A stretch of DNA of 51,974 bases. Source: a bacterium (GTDB lineage: Bacteria > Patescibacteriota > Minisyncoccia > Phycocordibacterales > SBAW01). The position numbers and the translations under genes are program-made. The notes beneath the pieces were generated by a model, which did no database searches, was not told the origin of the DNA, and saw only the letters and a list, made by a program, of their open reading frames with translations. Positions 1-8,782 of the stretch are shown here, piece by piece (positions within the stretch are counted from its first letter, which is position 1; every line of letters begins with the position of its first letter). The stretch spans positions 1 through 51,974 of the forward strand of contig SBAW01000024.1 in assembly GCA_005239955.1 (NCBI GenBank), given 5' to 3'.

Positions 1-32
1 AAGTAGAGATTTCGGTTGCGAATGATGTGCAT
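1..32 (-). CDS. secF: Probable N-terminus of protein translocase subunit SecF (runs off the window edge)
   Basis: ATG at 32..30 lies directly after the secD stop and reads MHIIRNRNLY. secD-secF adjacency is standard. Only 10 codons are visible. Confidence 0.55.
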   Translation of the reverse strand, partial: MHIIRNRNLY

Positions 33-33
33 A

Positions 34-1362
34 TTAGTTACGGATTCCGCTTCTCATGAGGAATCCTGCAATGCCCTTCCCTTCCTTAAACCCAACCGCA
101 AGAAGGAGGCTGCGCGACACCAGGAGCGCTGAAACGAGCGAGAGAACGGTACCGATGATGAGCGTAAAGGCGAAGCCTTCAATAAAGACGTCACCAAACC
201 AAAAGAGGATAACGCCACAGATGATGTTGATGACGTTCCCGTCGCGAATGGAACTCCAGGCGCGCGAAAACCCTTCCTCAATGGCGTCATAGGGCTTCCG
301 GCCAGCGCGCAATTCTTCTTTGAGGCGCTCGGCAATAAGGATGTTGGCGTCAACCGCGAGGCCAATGGAGAGAATGAGAGCAGCAATACCGGCCGCAGTA
401 ATGGTGACCGGAATAAGTTTAAAGATCGCGAGCATGAGGATGATATAGATAAGGAGGGAGAGTGCGGCGACGAAGCCCGGCAGACGGTACCACAAGAGCA
501 TAAAGAGTGAGACCGCCAAGAGACCCACAAATCCTCCCAAGACTCCTGCCTGCGTTGCGCGCTCGCCAAGTGTTGCGCCAATAGTTTGTGTTGAAACGAG
601 CGAAATGGGAACCGGGAGCGCACCAAAGTTGAGATTACGCACCAGAAGGCGGGCCTCATCTGGTGTAAAGTTTCCTTGAATAATGGCGCTCCCCCCATCA
701 ATCTTTTGGCGAATGACCGGAGCCGACTGGAGTTCACCATCAAGGAAAATGGCGAGGAGGCGGCCAACATTCTCTCCCGTTATTTTTGCGAAGAGCTCGG
801 CACCTTGAGCGTCAAAATTAATAAGCACCACAGGTTCGTTCTGGAGACCCGTCCCACTGCCATCGCCAAACTGGAGCGCAGCGCTCTCCAGGTAGCGGCC
901 GGTGAGCCCTGTATCCGCAAACGCTTCCCCGTTGAGGGTTCCGTCATCGTTGACGAGCTTCTCTTCAAAGCCCGCTTTAATGAGTTTGAATTCAAGAAGC
1001 GGCGTTTCTCCAATGATGCGTACCGCCTCCGCAACATCGGTTACGCCAGGAAGCTCGATAATGAGGCGATCGGCCTCGCCCTGACCCAAGGTGCCACTTC
1101 GCTCCACTTGCACGAGCGGTTCTGAGACCCCGAAGAGATTGGTACGCCGCTCCACCACATCGCGAAGCGACGCCATGGCGTCGCTTCGGTTTCCCGCCTC
1201 AACGCCCGAGAGATTGGCTTGATAGACCAAATGCGTGCCGCCTCGCAAATCAAGACCGAGTTTAAACGCAAATGACGACGGCACGCTTTCGGTTCGGTAG
1301 ACGAAATATCCCACCGCCACGGCGGTAAGGAGGATGGCGATTGCGGCTATGCGTGGCCACAT
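34..1362 (-). CDS. secD: Protein translocase subunit SecD
   Basis: LGLDLRGG motif, RLIIELPG, AIFLDG-SAPVI, GALPVP, GLAVDANILIAERLKEE and C-terminal TM helices. Confidence 0.97.
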   Translation of the reverse strand: MWPRIAAIAILLTAVAVGYFVYRTESVPSSFAFKLGLDLRGGTHLVYQANLSGVEAGNRSDAMASLRDVVERRTNLFGVSEPLVQVERSGTLGQGEADRLIIELPGVTDVAEAVRIIGETPLLEFKLIKAGFEEKLVNDDGTLNGEAFADTGLTGRYLESAALQFGDGSGTGLQNEPVVLINFDAQGAELFAKITGENVGRLLAIFLDGELQSAPVIRQKIDGGSAIIQGNFTPDEARLLVRNLNFGALPVPISLVSTQTIGATLGERATQAGVLGGFVGLLAVSLFMLLWYRLPGFVAALSLLIYIILMLAIFKLIPVTITAAGIAALILSIGLAVDANILIAERLKEELRAGRKPYDAIEEGFSRAWSSIRDGNVINIICGVILFWFGDVFIEGFAFTLIIGTVLSLVSALLVSRSLLLAVGFKEGKGIAGFLMRSGIRN

Positions 1363-1400
1363 ACGCCCGCCATACTAGCAAAAAGGCGAAGGCCGCACCA

Positions 1401-2204
1401 TCATGAGCGCACCGTGGCCAAGGTGAGCAGATTTTTGTAAATCATCGCAACGGCAACGGGTCCCACGCCTCCCGGTACCGGGGTAAAGACACTCGCGATG
1501 TCGGCACAGGAAGGATGCGCATCGCCAACAACCTTCCCCGCCGATTCGCTGGTACCCGCATCAATGAGCGCAACACCTTTTTTGAGCATCTCCGGCGTCA
1601 CAAAGCCCGGCTTCCCTACTCCAAGAACGACAATGTCGGCTTCTTTAAGTTCTTCCATCGATCCCTGCCGGCGCGTCACAGTCGAAACGTTGGCGCCACA
1701 TGTTTTAAGCAAAACGGCCGCAGGCGCGCCGACGAGTCTTCCTGCCCCCACCACAACCGCACGTGCATTTCTTTGGGGAATGTTTGAACGATCAAGAATT
1801 TCAAGAACCGCAAGTGCAACCGGTGCATGGACGGGCCGGCTATCTTCGGAGATGGTTGGGTTAATCGCGTCCACATCCTTTTCTGGAGGAATAGCTGCAA
1901 GGACTACCTCGGTGTCAACCTGTGTTGGTAGAGGCAGCTGGACAATGAGTGCATCGGTATCTGCCACCATTCGCTTGGTTTCAACAATAACTTCTTCTGT
2001 GGTCGCTGTTACGGGCAGATCATGCCGTACCACAGTCACTCCAAGACGTTTTGCTGCCCGGGTTTTAATACGCACAAATGACTCAATAACGGGGTCATGC
2101 CCGACCACAATAATGCCGAGCCGGAGAGGCTCGGGCAACTTCTCCATAGCAGCCGTAAGCTGCTGATAGATATCTCTTGCAATCGCCCTGCCGTCGATAA
2201 TCAT
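1401..2204 (-). CDS. folD: Bifunctional methylenetetrahydrofolate dehydrogenase/cyclohydrolase
   Basis: MIIDGRAIA start, IVQLPLP, PEKDVD, TPVPGGVGPVAVAM. Confidence 0.95.
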   Translation of the reverse strand: MIIDGRAIARDIYQQLTAAMEKLPEPLRLGIIVVGHDPVIESFVRIKTRAAKRLGVTVVRHDLPVTATTEEVIVETKRMVADTDALIVQLPLPTQVDTEVVLAAIPPEKDVDAINPTISEDSRPVHAPVALAVLEILDRSNIPQRNARAVVVGAGRLVGAPAAVLLKTCGANVSTVTRRQGSMEELKEADIVVLGVGKPGFVTPEMLKKGVALIDAGTSESAGKVVGDAHPSCADIASVFTPVPGGVGPVAVAMIYKNLLTLATVRS

Positions 2205-2328
2205 CCGGTAGTGAAATTTCGGCTTGATAAATCGATGGATGATGCGGATTTGATCATAGGTGGCATTGTGACGATAGATGGCATTTGGTGCAACACGCGA
2301 AGCGCGAGCCGAAATTCTACTACGGGAT
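2203..2328. repeat. Inverted-repeat-bounded intergenic element (family C, copy 1)
   Basis: Ends ATCCGGTAGTGAAATTTCGGCT and AGCCGAAATTCTACTACGGGAT are inverted repeats. The right end TCTACTACGGGAT is identical to that of the copy at 13470-13609. Confidence 0.75.
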
Positions 2329-2332
2329 CATG

Positions 2333-3250
2333 TTACGAAAGTCCGAATGCACGCTTCAGCGCCGCAATACCCTCTTCAAGACGCACGGTCGGCGACCACC
2401 CGAGAAGTTCCTTGGCGCGGGTAATATCAGCTTTGGTATGCGCCGGTTCATGGCGAGGTTCGATGGATATAGTCTCGCCGCCGATCATAGCAGCAAGATC
2501 ACGTATCGAAACATTTCTCCCCGCCCCAATGTTGAGTACTTCTCCTTTCCCGACCGCGTCACTTTCCATTGCTAAAAGATTTGCTCGTACGACGTCCGAG
2601 ACATGCGTAAAATCGCGGGTATTCGTGCCATCTCCGGTGATGGTAAGCGGTTTCCCATCCCTCTTTTGTGTAAGGAATTTTCCAATAACCAGCGCATAGG
2701 GACCCTCGGGATCAAAACGTGGTCCATAGACGTTGAAATAGCGCAAACTCACGGTTGGCAGGTCATACATCTCGCTCCAATTCGAGCACAAGAGTTCGCC
2801 TATATGCTTCTGAAGACCATAGGGGCTTTTAGGGAGTGCCGGCAAGTCTTCAGAAAGTGGCAGACGCTCCTGATCGCCATAGGCCGAACTCGAGGCTGCA
2901 TAGATAACACGTTTCACTCCTCCTTCCTTTGCCGCACGCAAGACAGAGGCCGTCCCCTGAACGTTGACTGAGTACGTGAGGAGTGGTTGCTCAATTGAAT
3001 ATTGTACGCGCGGAAGCGCCGCTCCATGAAAGACATAGGTGGCTCCGTTGATGATGGGAGCGAGTTTGTCATAATCGCGAATATCAACCTCGTGATAGGT
3101 AGCGCCCTCGTGGATTCGATCCTCTCGCTTTCCACCGGCATAATTATCGACAACGTGGACGTCAAACCCTTCTTTGAGAAGCGCCTCAACAAGATGAGAG
3201 CCGATAAACCCGGCTCCTCCCGTAACAACGACTTTCTTTTTTGTAGCCAT
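2333..3250 (-). CDS. NAD-dependent nucleotide-sugar epimerase/dehydratase (extended SDR)
   Basis: GGAGFIG, SSSAYG, YxxxK (PYGLQK), LRYFNVYGP, TRDFTHV. Start placed at MATKKK (ATG 3250). Confidence 0.93.
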   Translation of the reverse strand: MATKKKVVVTGGAGFIGSHLVEALLKEGFDVHVVDNYAGGKREDRIHEGATYHEVDIRDYDKLAPIINGATYVFHGAALPRVQYSIEQPLLTYSVNVQGTASVLRAAKEGGVKRVIYAASSSAYGDQERLPLSEDLPALPKSPYGLQKHIGELLCSNWSEMYDLPTVSLRYFNVYGPRFDPEGPYALVIGKFLTQKRDGKPLTITGDGTNTRDFTHVSDVVRANLLAMESDAVGKGEVLNIGAGRNVSIRDLAAMIGGETISIEPRHEPAHTKADITRAKELLGWSPTVRLEEGIAALKRAFGLS

Positions 3251-3276
3251 AGATAGATATTTTATCAGTACATACT

Positions 3277-4623
3277 TCAAACGCCGCTTCGTGACAAAAG
3301 GGTGCGAATGGTTTTCAGTGCAATGTGGAGATCGAGGAGAAGCGAGCGATGTTTAATGTAGTAGAGGTCGTAGGAGAGTTTGCGACTCGTTTTGACGCTA
3401 TCGGGCATGCCTTTGGGTGGCAATTCACCGTCCTTAATTTGCGCCCAGCCAGATACCCCCGGTTTTACCAGGTGACGCAAGTTGTAGTATGGCACTTCTT
3501 GTTCATATATCCTCGCTATAGAAGGTATTTCAGGACGCGGACCAACCAATGAAAGCTCGCCGCGCAGGACATTGAGGAACTGGGGAAACTCATCAATCCG
3601 CGTCTTCCGTAAAAACTCCCCCACCCTGGTGACCCGATTTTTAGCATGAAGGGTGGGGTCACCTTTATCGTCGAAAAGCATGGTGCGAAACTTAATGAGT
3701 TTAAAGAGCCGTCCATCTTGTCCGACACGCTCCTGGAAAATGAAAAGCGGACCCTTTCCCGAAAGAGCGATCGCGACCCCGGCAGTGAGAGTAAACGGAA
3801 GCGTCACCAGAAGACCAACAAACGCGCCGCTGTAATCAATAAGTGCTTTGAGCGCTCCATAAAGTACCGTTGCAGTCTTAAAGGTTTGCTCAAAAAACCA
3901 GTGGCGCCGTACGAACGAGAGTGGAATGCGCTCAAAAATGTTCTCGTAGAGACTGCCGACGTCAACGAAACGTACGCCGCGAAGCATGAGCGTGTACCAA
4001 TTGGGAAGCTTCTCTTCAAGAATGCCACCCTCAGTGTCCATCACAACGATTTGGACGCCCCCGTCTCGCACGCGCGTCGTAATGTAGGACCCCAGCGACG
4101 GATCACGAAGGTCCTTGTAGCGCAGAAGAAAATGCATCGTATACCTTGAATTCGCATTGATTTCAAGGTAGAGCTCCTCATGTTCCGGGCTGTCGCCGAC
4201 CAGTATGGCGCCATAGCGGCGACGCGATCGCAGGAGCGAAAAAAGCCACAACCGCCAGAGTAAGATGAGCGCCGAAGAAAAAAGAAGGTAGAGTGCCAAG
4301 GTGATTTTTGGTGTGATACCAAATCCGGTAATAAAGAAAAAGAACAGTGCGGCAACAATAATGTTGATAACCTGTGCCGTGAGAATGGTCTCTCGGAGCG
4401 CTGCTCTAAGCACCATGGTGTGCTTGTCATAGAGGCCCGCGATAAAAAACACGATAACAGAAAAGAAAAAGAGTAACGAAAACGGCGTCAGATGGTTATA
4501 GAACACATCAAGTGAGGGGAGCGCAAAAGAGCGCGCGAAAAGCGCTAGCCACAGCGCACAGACGAACGCCGCGACGTCGCCTATGAGCAGTACGAAAAAT
4601 TCTCGCCTCGTGATGCCGTACAT
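3277..4623 (-). CDS. Polyprenyl-phosphate sugar phosphotransferase (WcaJ/WbaP-like initiating glycosyltransferase)
   Basis: N-terminal TM helices, then FIFQERVG, KFRTM, RIDEFPQFLNVLRGELSLVGPRPE, KPGVSGWAQ and DLYYI. Start at MYGIT inferred. Confidence 0.93.
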   Translation of the reverse strand: MYGITRREFFVLLIGDVAAFVCALWLALFARSFALPSLDVFYNHLTPFSLLFFFSVIVFFIAGLYDKHTMVLRAALRETILTAQVINIIVAALFFFFITGFGITPKITLALYLLFSSALILLWRLWLFSLLRSRRRYGAILVGDSPEHEELYLEINANSRYTMHFLLRYKDLRDPSLGSYITTRVRDGGVQIVVMDTEGGILEEKLPNWYTLMLRGVRFVDVGSLYENIFERIPLSFVRRHWFFEQTFKTATVLYGALKALIDYSGAFVGLLVTLPFTLTAGVAIALSGKGPLFIFQERVGQDGRLFKLIKFRTMLFDDKGDPTLHAKNRVTRVGEFLRKTRIDEFPQFLNVLRGELSLVGPRPEIPSIARIYEQEVPYYNLRHLVKPGVSGWAQIKDGELPPKGMPDSVKTSRKLSYDLYYIKHRSLLLDLHIALKTIRTLLSRSGV

Positions 4624-4695
4624 ATAACCCGCGCATTGTATAACAGTATTTCGCTCTGACAAGATACACGATCCTATAGAGTAGACTAGAGAGAT

Positions 4696-5823
4696 ATGCG
4701 TGTCCTTATAGTAGTCACGAAAGGAACCTTAGGAGGCGCCCAACGGTATGTGTTTGATATCGCGAGTGCCGCAAAAAAACGCGGCATCAAGGTGACTGTT
4801 GCGCACGGCACGGGAGGTTGGCTCGGAACCGAGCTCGATCGCATCGGCGTAAAACGCATCACACTCCCTCATCTCGGACGCGATGTGAAGGTGCGTAATG
4901 ACCTCGCTGCCTTCGTTGAATTGTGGCAAGTAATTTCCCGTGAACGACCTGAGGTACTCCACCTCAATAGTTCAAAAGTGGCAGCGATGGGGGCGTTTAT
5001 CGGGAGGCTTCGTGGCGTTCCACGCGTCATTACAACCGTCCACGGGTGGGCCTTCCATGAACACCGCAACTCTTTTGAGCGTTTTGCTATTTTTCTTATT
5101 CAATGGCTCGCCACCCTTCTCTCCCACCAATCGATAGTCATTTCTTATGCTGACGTACGTGCGGGGCAGCGTATGCCGTGGTGTAAGAGAAAAATAACTC
5201 TCATTCACAATGGCGTCGAACAATTTGGACATTTGGCGAAACAAGAAGCCCGTGGCGCACTCTCTGCACATGCGCGAAACATCCCTCGCGACGCACTCTG
5301 GGTTGGTACGGTGGCAGAGCTTACCCGCAACAAAGGCCTCGATATTCTCATCCGAGCCTTTGATGAGTTTGCACGAAAGAACGTCAATGCTCATCTGGTG
5401 GTTGTAGGAGAAGGTGAGTTATGGGGAACGCTCACGGCGCAGGCGCGTGATTCTCATGCGACAAAACGCATCCATCTGGTATCCCTAAAGCATCAGGCGG
5501 CGCGAGAAATTCTCAGTGCGTTTGATATCTTCGTTCTTTCCTCGCGCAAAGAAGGCCTGCCGTATGCACTATTGGAGGCGGGACGAGCGGCGCTGCCGGT
5601 TATTGCAACACGGGTGGGTGGAAATTCTGACATCATTGAACATGGGGCATCGGGTCTTTTAGTACCCCCTGAAGATCCGCACGCACTCGCGAGCGAACTT
5701 TCGAGCCTTGCACCTAACGTACCAATGCGCGTTGCGTTTGGACGAGCGCTACAGAGTCGTGTGGGATCTCTCTTTACGCTCTCTCGAATGGCCGAGGAGA
5801 CCTTTGCACTCTACGAGCGATAA
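4696..5823 (+). CDS. GT4-family glycosyltransferase
   Basis: GGAQR, TVHGW, KGLDILIRA and EGLPYALLEA (E-X7-E) motifs. Confidence 0.93.
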   Translation: MRVLIVVTKGTLGGAQRYVFDIASAAKKRGIKVTVAHGTGGWLGTELDRIGVKRITLPHLGRDVKVRNDLAAFVELWQVISRERPEVLHLNSSKVAAMGAFIGRLRGVPRVITTVHGWAFHEHRNSFERFAIFLIQWLATLLSHQSIVISYADVRAGQRMPWCKRKITLIHNGVEQFGHLAKQEARGALSAHARNIPRDALWVGTVAELTRNKGLDILIRAFDEFARKNVNAHLVVVGEGELWGTLTAQARDSHATKRIHLVSLKHQAAREILSAFDIFVLSSRKEGLPYALLEAGRAALPVIATRVGGNSDIIEHGASGLLVPPEDPHALASELSSLAPNVPMRVAFGRALQSRVGSLFTLSRMAEETFALYER

Positions 5824-5827
5824 GTCT

Positions 5828-6958
5828 CTACATTCCCAAGAATTCGTTTTTCATGTCCTCTTTGTGAACTGCCCGGCTGTAGCGACGCATGCCCATGAGG
5901 ATGCCGAGTGCGACAAACTCAGTGATGAGATGCGAACCTCCGTAACTCATAAAAGGAATCGTGGTGCCCGTAACGGGTAGGAGTCCTACATTAATCCCCA
6001 CGTGAATCACAATGTGGCTCATAAAGTAGATTGCGAGACCAACGCCATAGAGGACTTCAAAATTGGTAGCGCCTCGCATCGCCGCCGCCAGGATCCGCAC
6101 AATAACAATGCCATAGAGCACAAAGAGGAGGGTGACGCCGACAAAGCCCCACTCCTCCGCAAATGCAGCGAAAATAAAGTCGGTCTCATACTCAGGCAAA
6201 AATTGGAGTTTGCTTTGGGTGCCGTACCCAATCCCCTTTCCCCACCATTCTCCTGATCCAACGGCAACGGTTGATTGGTACGCGTTATAGCCCGCGCCAT
6301 GAAGATCGGTTAAAGGATGAAGGAATGTGAGGATGCGTTGTTTTTGATAGTCTTCAAACCCAAACGACCACAGGAGAGAGAGGGCCAGAGTTCCCAGAAA
6401 TAAAACACCAAGAAGGTGCTTGGCGGAGATCCCTGCAAGGAGCACCATGCCAAACCAAATGGCCACAATAATGATCGCTGATCCAAAGTCTGGCTGGAGA
6501 AAAATGAGGATCGAAAGGAATCCCGCGTAGGCACCCGAGACAATAATGTGGCGGATGTGTGCGATCTCGACGTGGCGCCTCGAGAAGTATTTCGCCAAAA
6601 GAAGAATGAGGACCAATTTAACCAGATCGGTTGGCTGAAAATCAAAAAAGCCAATATCGAAACGGCTTTGTGCTCCTTTGGTTATTTCGCCAAGTCCAAA
6701 GAGAAGAATAAGTAGTCCAGACGAGACGACAAAAAGAGCCACAATGACGTCACGACGTCGAAGAAACCGCCAATCAATGAGGCTCGCGAATACGAAGGCT
6801 ATGAGCGCCACGGCGCCCCAGATGAGTTGTTTGTCAAAGAAATAATTGTCATCTACGAACGAGTTCATAGTGACAAGGCCGGCTGCCACAAGAAGGACGC
6901 TCGCACCCAAGAGAACCCAGTCTATATGGAAGAGTCGTGGGAAAAGACGTGCAAACAT
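5828..6958 (-). CDS. rodA: SEDS-family peptidoglycan polymerase RodA
   Basis: GAQSRF, FQPTDLVK, QPDFGS, GYNAYQS, GSGEWWGKG, LPEYETDFIF, PVTGTTIPFMSYGGS. Confidence 0.9.
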   Translation of the reverse strand: MFARLFPRLFHIDWVLLGASVLLVAAGLVTMNSFVDDNYFFDKQLIWGAVALIAFVFASLIDWRFLRRRDVIVALFVVSSGLLILLFGLGEITKGAQSRFDIGFFDFQPTDLVKLVLILLLAKYFSRRHVEIAHIRHIIVSGAYAGFLSILIFLQPDFGSAIIIVAIWFGMVLLAGISAKHLLGVLFLGTLALSLLWSFGFEDYQKQRILTFLHPLTDLHGAGYNAYQSTVAVGSGEWWGKGIGYGTQSKLQFLPEYETDFIFAAFAEEWGFVGVTLLFVLYGIVIVRILAAAMRGATNFEVLYGVGLAIYFMSHIVIHVGINVGLLPVTGTTIPFMSYGGSHLITEFVALGILMGMRRYSRAVHKEDMKNEFLGM

Positions 6959-6960
6959 GG

Positions 6961-7184
6961 GGTTAGAACCTATCCCAAAAATAATCGCAAAGAAACTCCC
7001 ATTCCTGACCGCTCGACTATGCGGTCAGGAATGGGAGTGCTTGCCTGCTCAACGAGCAGGCTTTCTACTGCAAATCGCTCATCACTCATCGTCGAAGCAC
7101 CACTTCGCCTCTTCGCGCTTCGCGCTTGTCGTGACGAAATACTGCTGTTTCGCATAGGCATTCTTTTCGAGGTAGGTTCTAGCC
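6961..7184. repeat. Hairpin-rich MITE-like element bounded by inverted repeats
   Basis: GGTTAGAACCTATCCCAAAA and TTTTCGAGGTAGGTTCTAGCC are imperfect terminal inverted repeats. Internal hairpins include ACTCCCATTCCTGACCGC/GCGGTCAGGAATGGGAGT and GCCTGCTC/GAGCAGGC. Confidence 0.65.
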
Positions 7185-7216
7185 TACCCTAAAAAGGAAC
7201 GGGGTGCGATTCCTCT

Positions 7217-7981
7217 TTAGAGTGGTGGGAGTGCAATGAGGGGGACAATTTCGCTCCGGCTCGGCCTCCCCTCAAACGGAATGGGCCAGGTAAAGACAAG
7301 CTCTTCCCTCCCATCTCGCGGGAGTGAGGGCAAGATGGTTTGGGAGGCGCCAATCGCGTTGTCGCTCGTGTCATAGATAATAGCGGTCACCAACTGCGCC
7401 GGAAGCGTTGCTCGCGTCGTGTTTTCAATGAGCGTCGTAAGGCGCGGGGCCGTTTGTTCATTTTCCAGGCGCGACTGTGCCACACGAATGGGGGAGGTTG
7501 GTGTATCCATACGCTCCCACTCGACGGGGCGGTCAAACTCAAAAAAAGTTTGTCGCGGAGTGCGGCTGCCGGTTGGAATATTCGCATAAAAGACGGCGGT
7601 CACACTGTTAGGGGCGAGCGGTGTTTCTCCTTCTTTGATGGCGACAATGACATTTTCTTCATCAAAAAGTTTAATGACGTAATGCGCACTACGTGTCCCC
7701 GCGCCTTGGTTTTGGTTTTCAACATAGGCAACCGCGCTCCAAAGACCCTCTTTCACTTTAAAAGAGCGGCTCCACTTGATAATGGGCGCCTGCGCCTCGT
7801 GCGGACAGATTTTGACGCACGCGCCCCCACAATCAATACCCGTTTCCATCCCGTTACGAATGCCATCGTCACATGTCGCCTCACGGTAGAAAAAGAGAAA
7901 CATCAAAAGCGCAATCGTGATAAGCGAGATGGTCCCGAAGGTAACAAGGTAAAGATTGCGACGGCGCGAGGCCCACGACAT
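7217..7981 (-). CDS. Membrane-anchored extracellular hypothetical protein with a Cys-rich CxDGxxNxxExxxDCGGxC motif
   Basis: Basic N-terminus and TM helix (start MSWASRRR, ATG 7981), Cys motif, then beta-rich domains. Confidence 0.75.
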   Translation of the reverse strand: MSWASRRRNLYLVTFGTISLITIALLMFLFFYREATCDDGIRNGMETGIDCGGACVKICPHEAQAPIIKWSRSFKVKEGLWSAVAYVENQNQGAGTRSAHYVIKLFDEENVIVAIKEGETPLAPNSVTAVFYANIPTGSRTPRQTFFEFDRPVEWERMDTPTSPIRVAQSRLENEQTAPRLTTLIENTTRATLPAQLVTAIIYDTSDNAIGASQTILPSLPRDGREELVFTWPIPFEGRPSRSEIVPLIALPPL

Positions 7982-8004
7982 ATAAAAAGTGTAACACCAC
8001 ACGC

Positions 8005-8036
8005 ACAAACGCGCCTCCGTACGGAGGCGCGTTTGT
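8005..8036. terminator. Intrinsic terminator downstream of the 23S-5S unit
   Basis: Perfect palindrome ACAAACGCGCCTCCGTACGGAGGCGCGTTTGT. Confidence 0.65.
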
Positions 8037-8246
8037 TACTTTCAGTGCTTTAAACTGGCGGCTACCTATTGCCGAGCGAGTGAGTGAAATGGCTCGCGTG
8101 CGTAGACATTTCCGAGCGAGTGATGGCTATATGGTATGCCATACTCTTGCCCCGAAGGAGTACCATCGGCGGGCTGAAGCAACCCCGTTGCTTCAGCCGG
8201 CTGCACTTCTGTGCCTGTCCCGTACTAAAAATTTCGGTACACTGTA

Positions 8247-8353
8247 CCCGGCATCTAGCTACTCTTCCCCCGAAGGAGTACCATCGCCACTAGTGGGCTT
8301 AACTGCTGTGTTCGGAATGAGAACAGGTGTGTCCCCACCGTTAAGACACCGAG
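8247..8353 (-). rRNA. rrf: 5S rRNA (intact inner copy)
   Basis: Minus strand reads CTCGGTGTC...ACACCTGTTCTCATTCCGAACACAGCAGTTAAGC...CGATGGTACT...GAGTAG...GATGCCGGG. Helix I pairs, and an inverted repeat (8218-8238 / 8362-8384) flanks the gene. Confidence 0.93.
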
Positions 8354-8402
8354 AACGGTACACCGAAATTTTTTAGTACTGGGATTCGGAATTGTAGGGT
8401 GT

Positions 8403-8490
8403 GTCACGCATCATTTTCTGCTGAAAATGTGCGCGACCCCGCCTCGTCTGCCTTCGCAGACTCCGGCTGCAAAACACTCCGTGTTTTGCC
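8403..8490 (-). repeat. Family B structured element inserted in the outer 5S relic
   Basis: GCAAAACAC-GGA-GTGTTTTGC hairpin, then GCCGGAG-stem-CGAGGCGGGGTCGCG-stem-CGTGAC, the same core as the efp and rpsR copies. Confidence 0.8.
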
Positions 8491-8670
8491 CCCACCGCCA
8501 AACCACCAGATTGAAGCACTGAAAAACAACACACATTATTGCGATTCTCACGTTCCCAAGTGGGATCGGATCATTAGTACTCCTTGGCTAAGCGCGTTAC
8601 CGCGCGTACACCGAGAGCCTATCAACGTCATCATCTCTGACGATCCTTAACGATTCCTCATCTTAGGGTT

Positions 8671-8703
<33 letters not shown>

Positions 8704-8782
8704 ATTCCCGACTTAGCTACGAGGCGATGCCGTTGGCACGACAGCCCCCACACCAGAGGTCAGTTCATTCCGGTCCTCTCGT

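Larger units (their letters stand above)
8055..8509 (-). pseudogene. Outer, interrupted 5S rRNA relic carrying four insertions, one of which is the intact 5S gene
   Basis: On the minus strand, 5S segments appear in the correct order: CTGGTGGTTTGGCGGTGGGG, ACACC..ATTCCGAA, CACAGAAGT, CGCCGATGGTACTCCTTCGGGGCAAGAGTA, TAGGTAGCCGCCAG. Helix I closes, and an outer stem TTCAGTGCTT (8041) / AAGCACTGAA (8514) flanks it. Confidence 0.8.
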
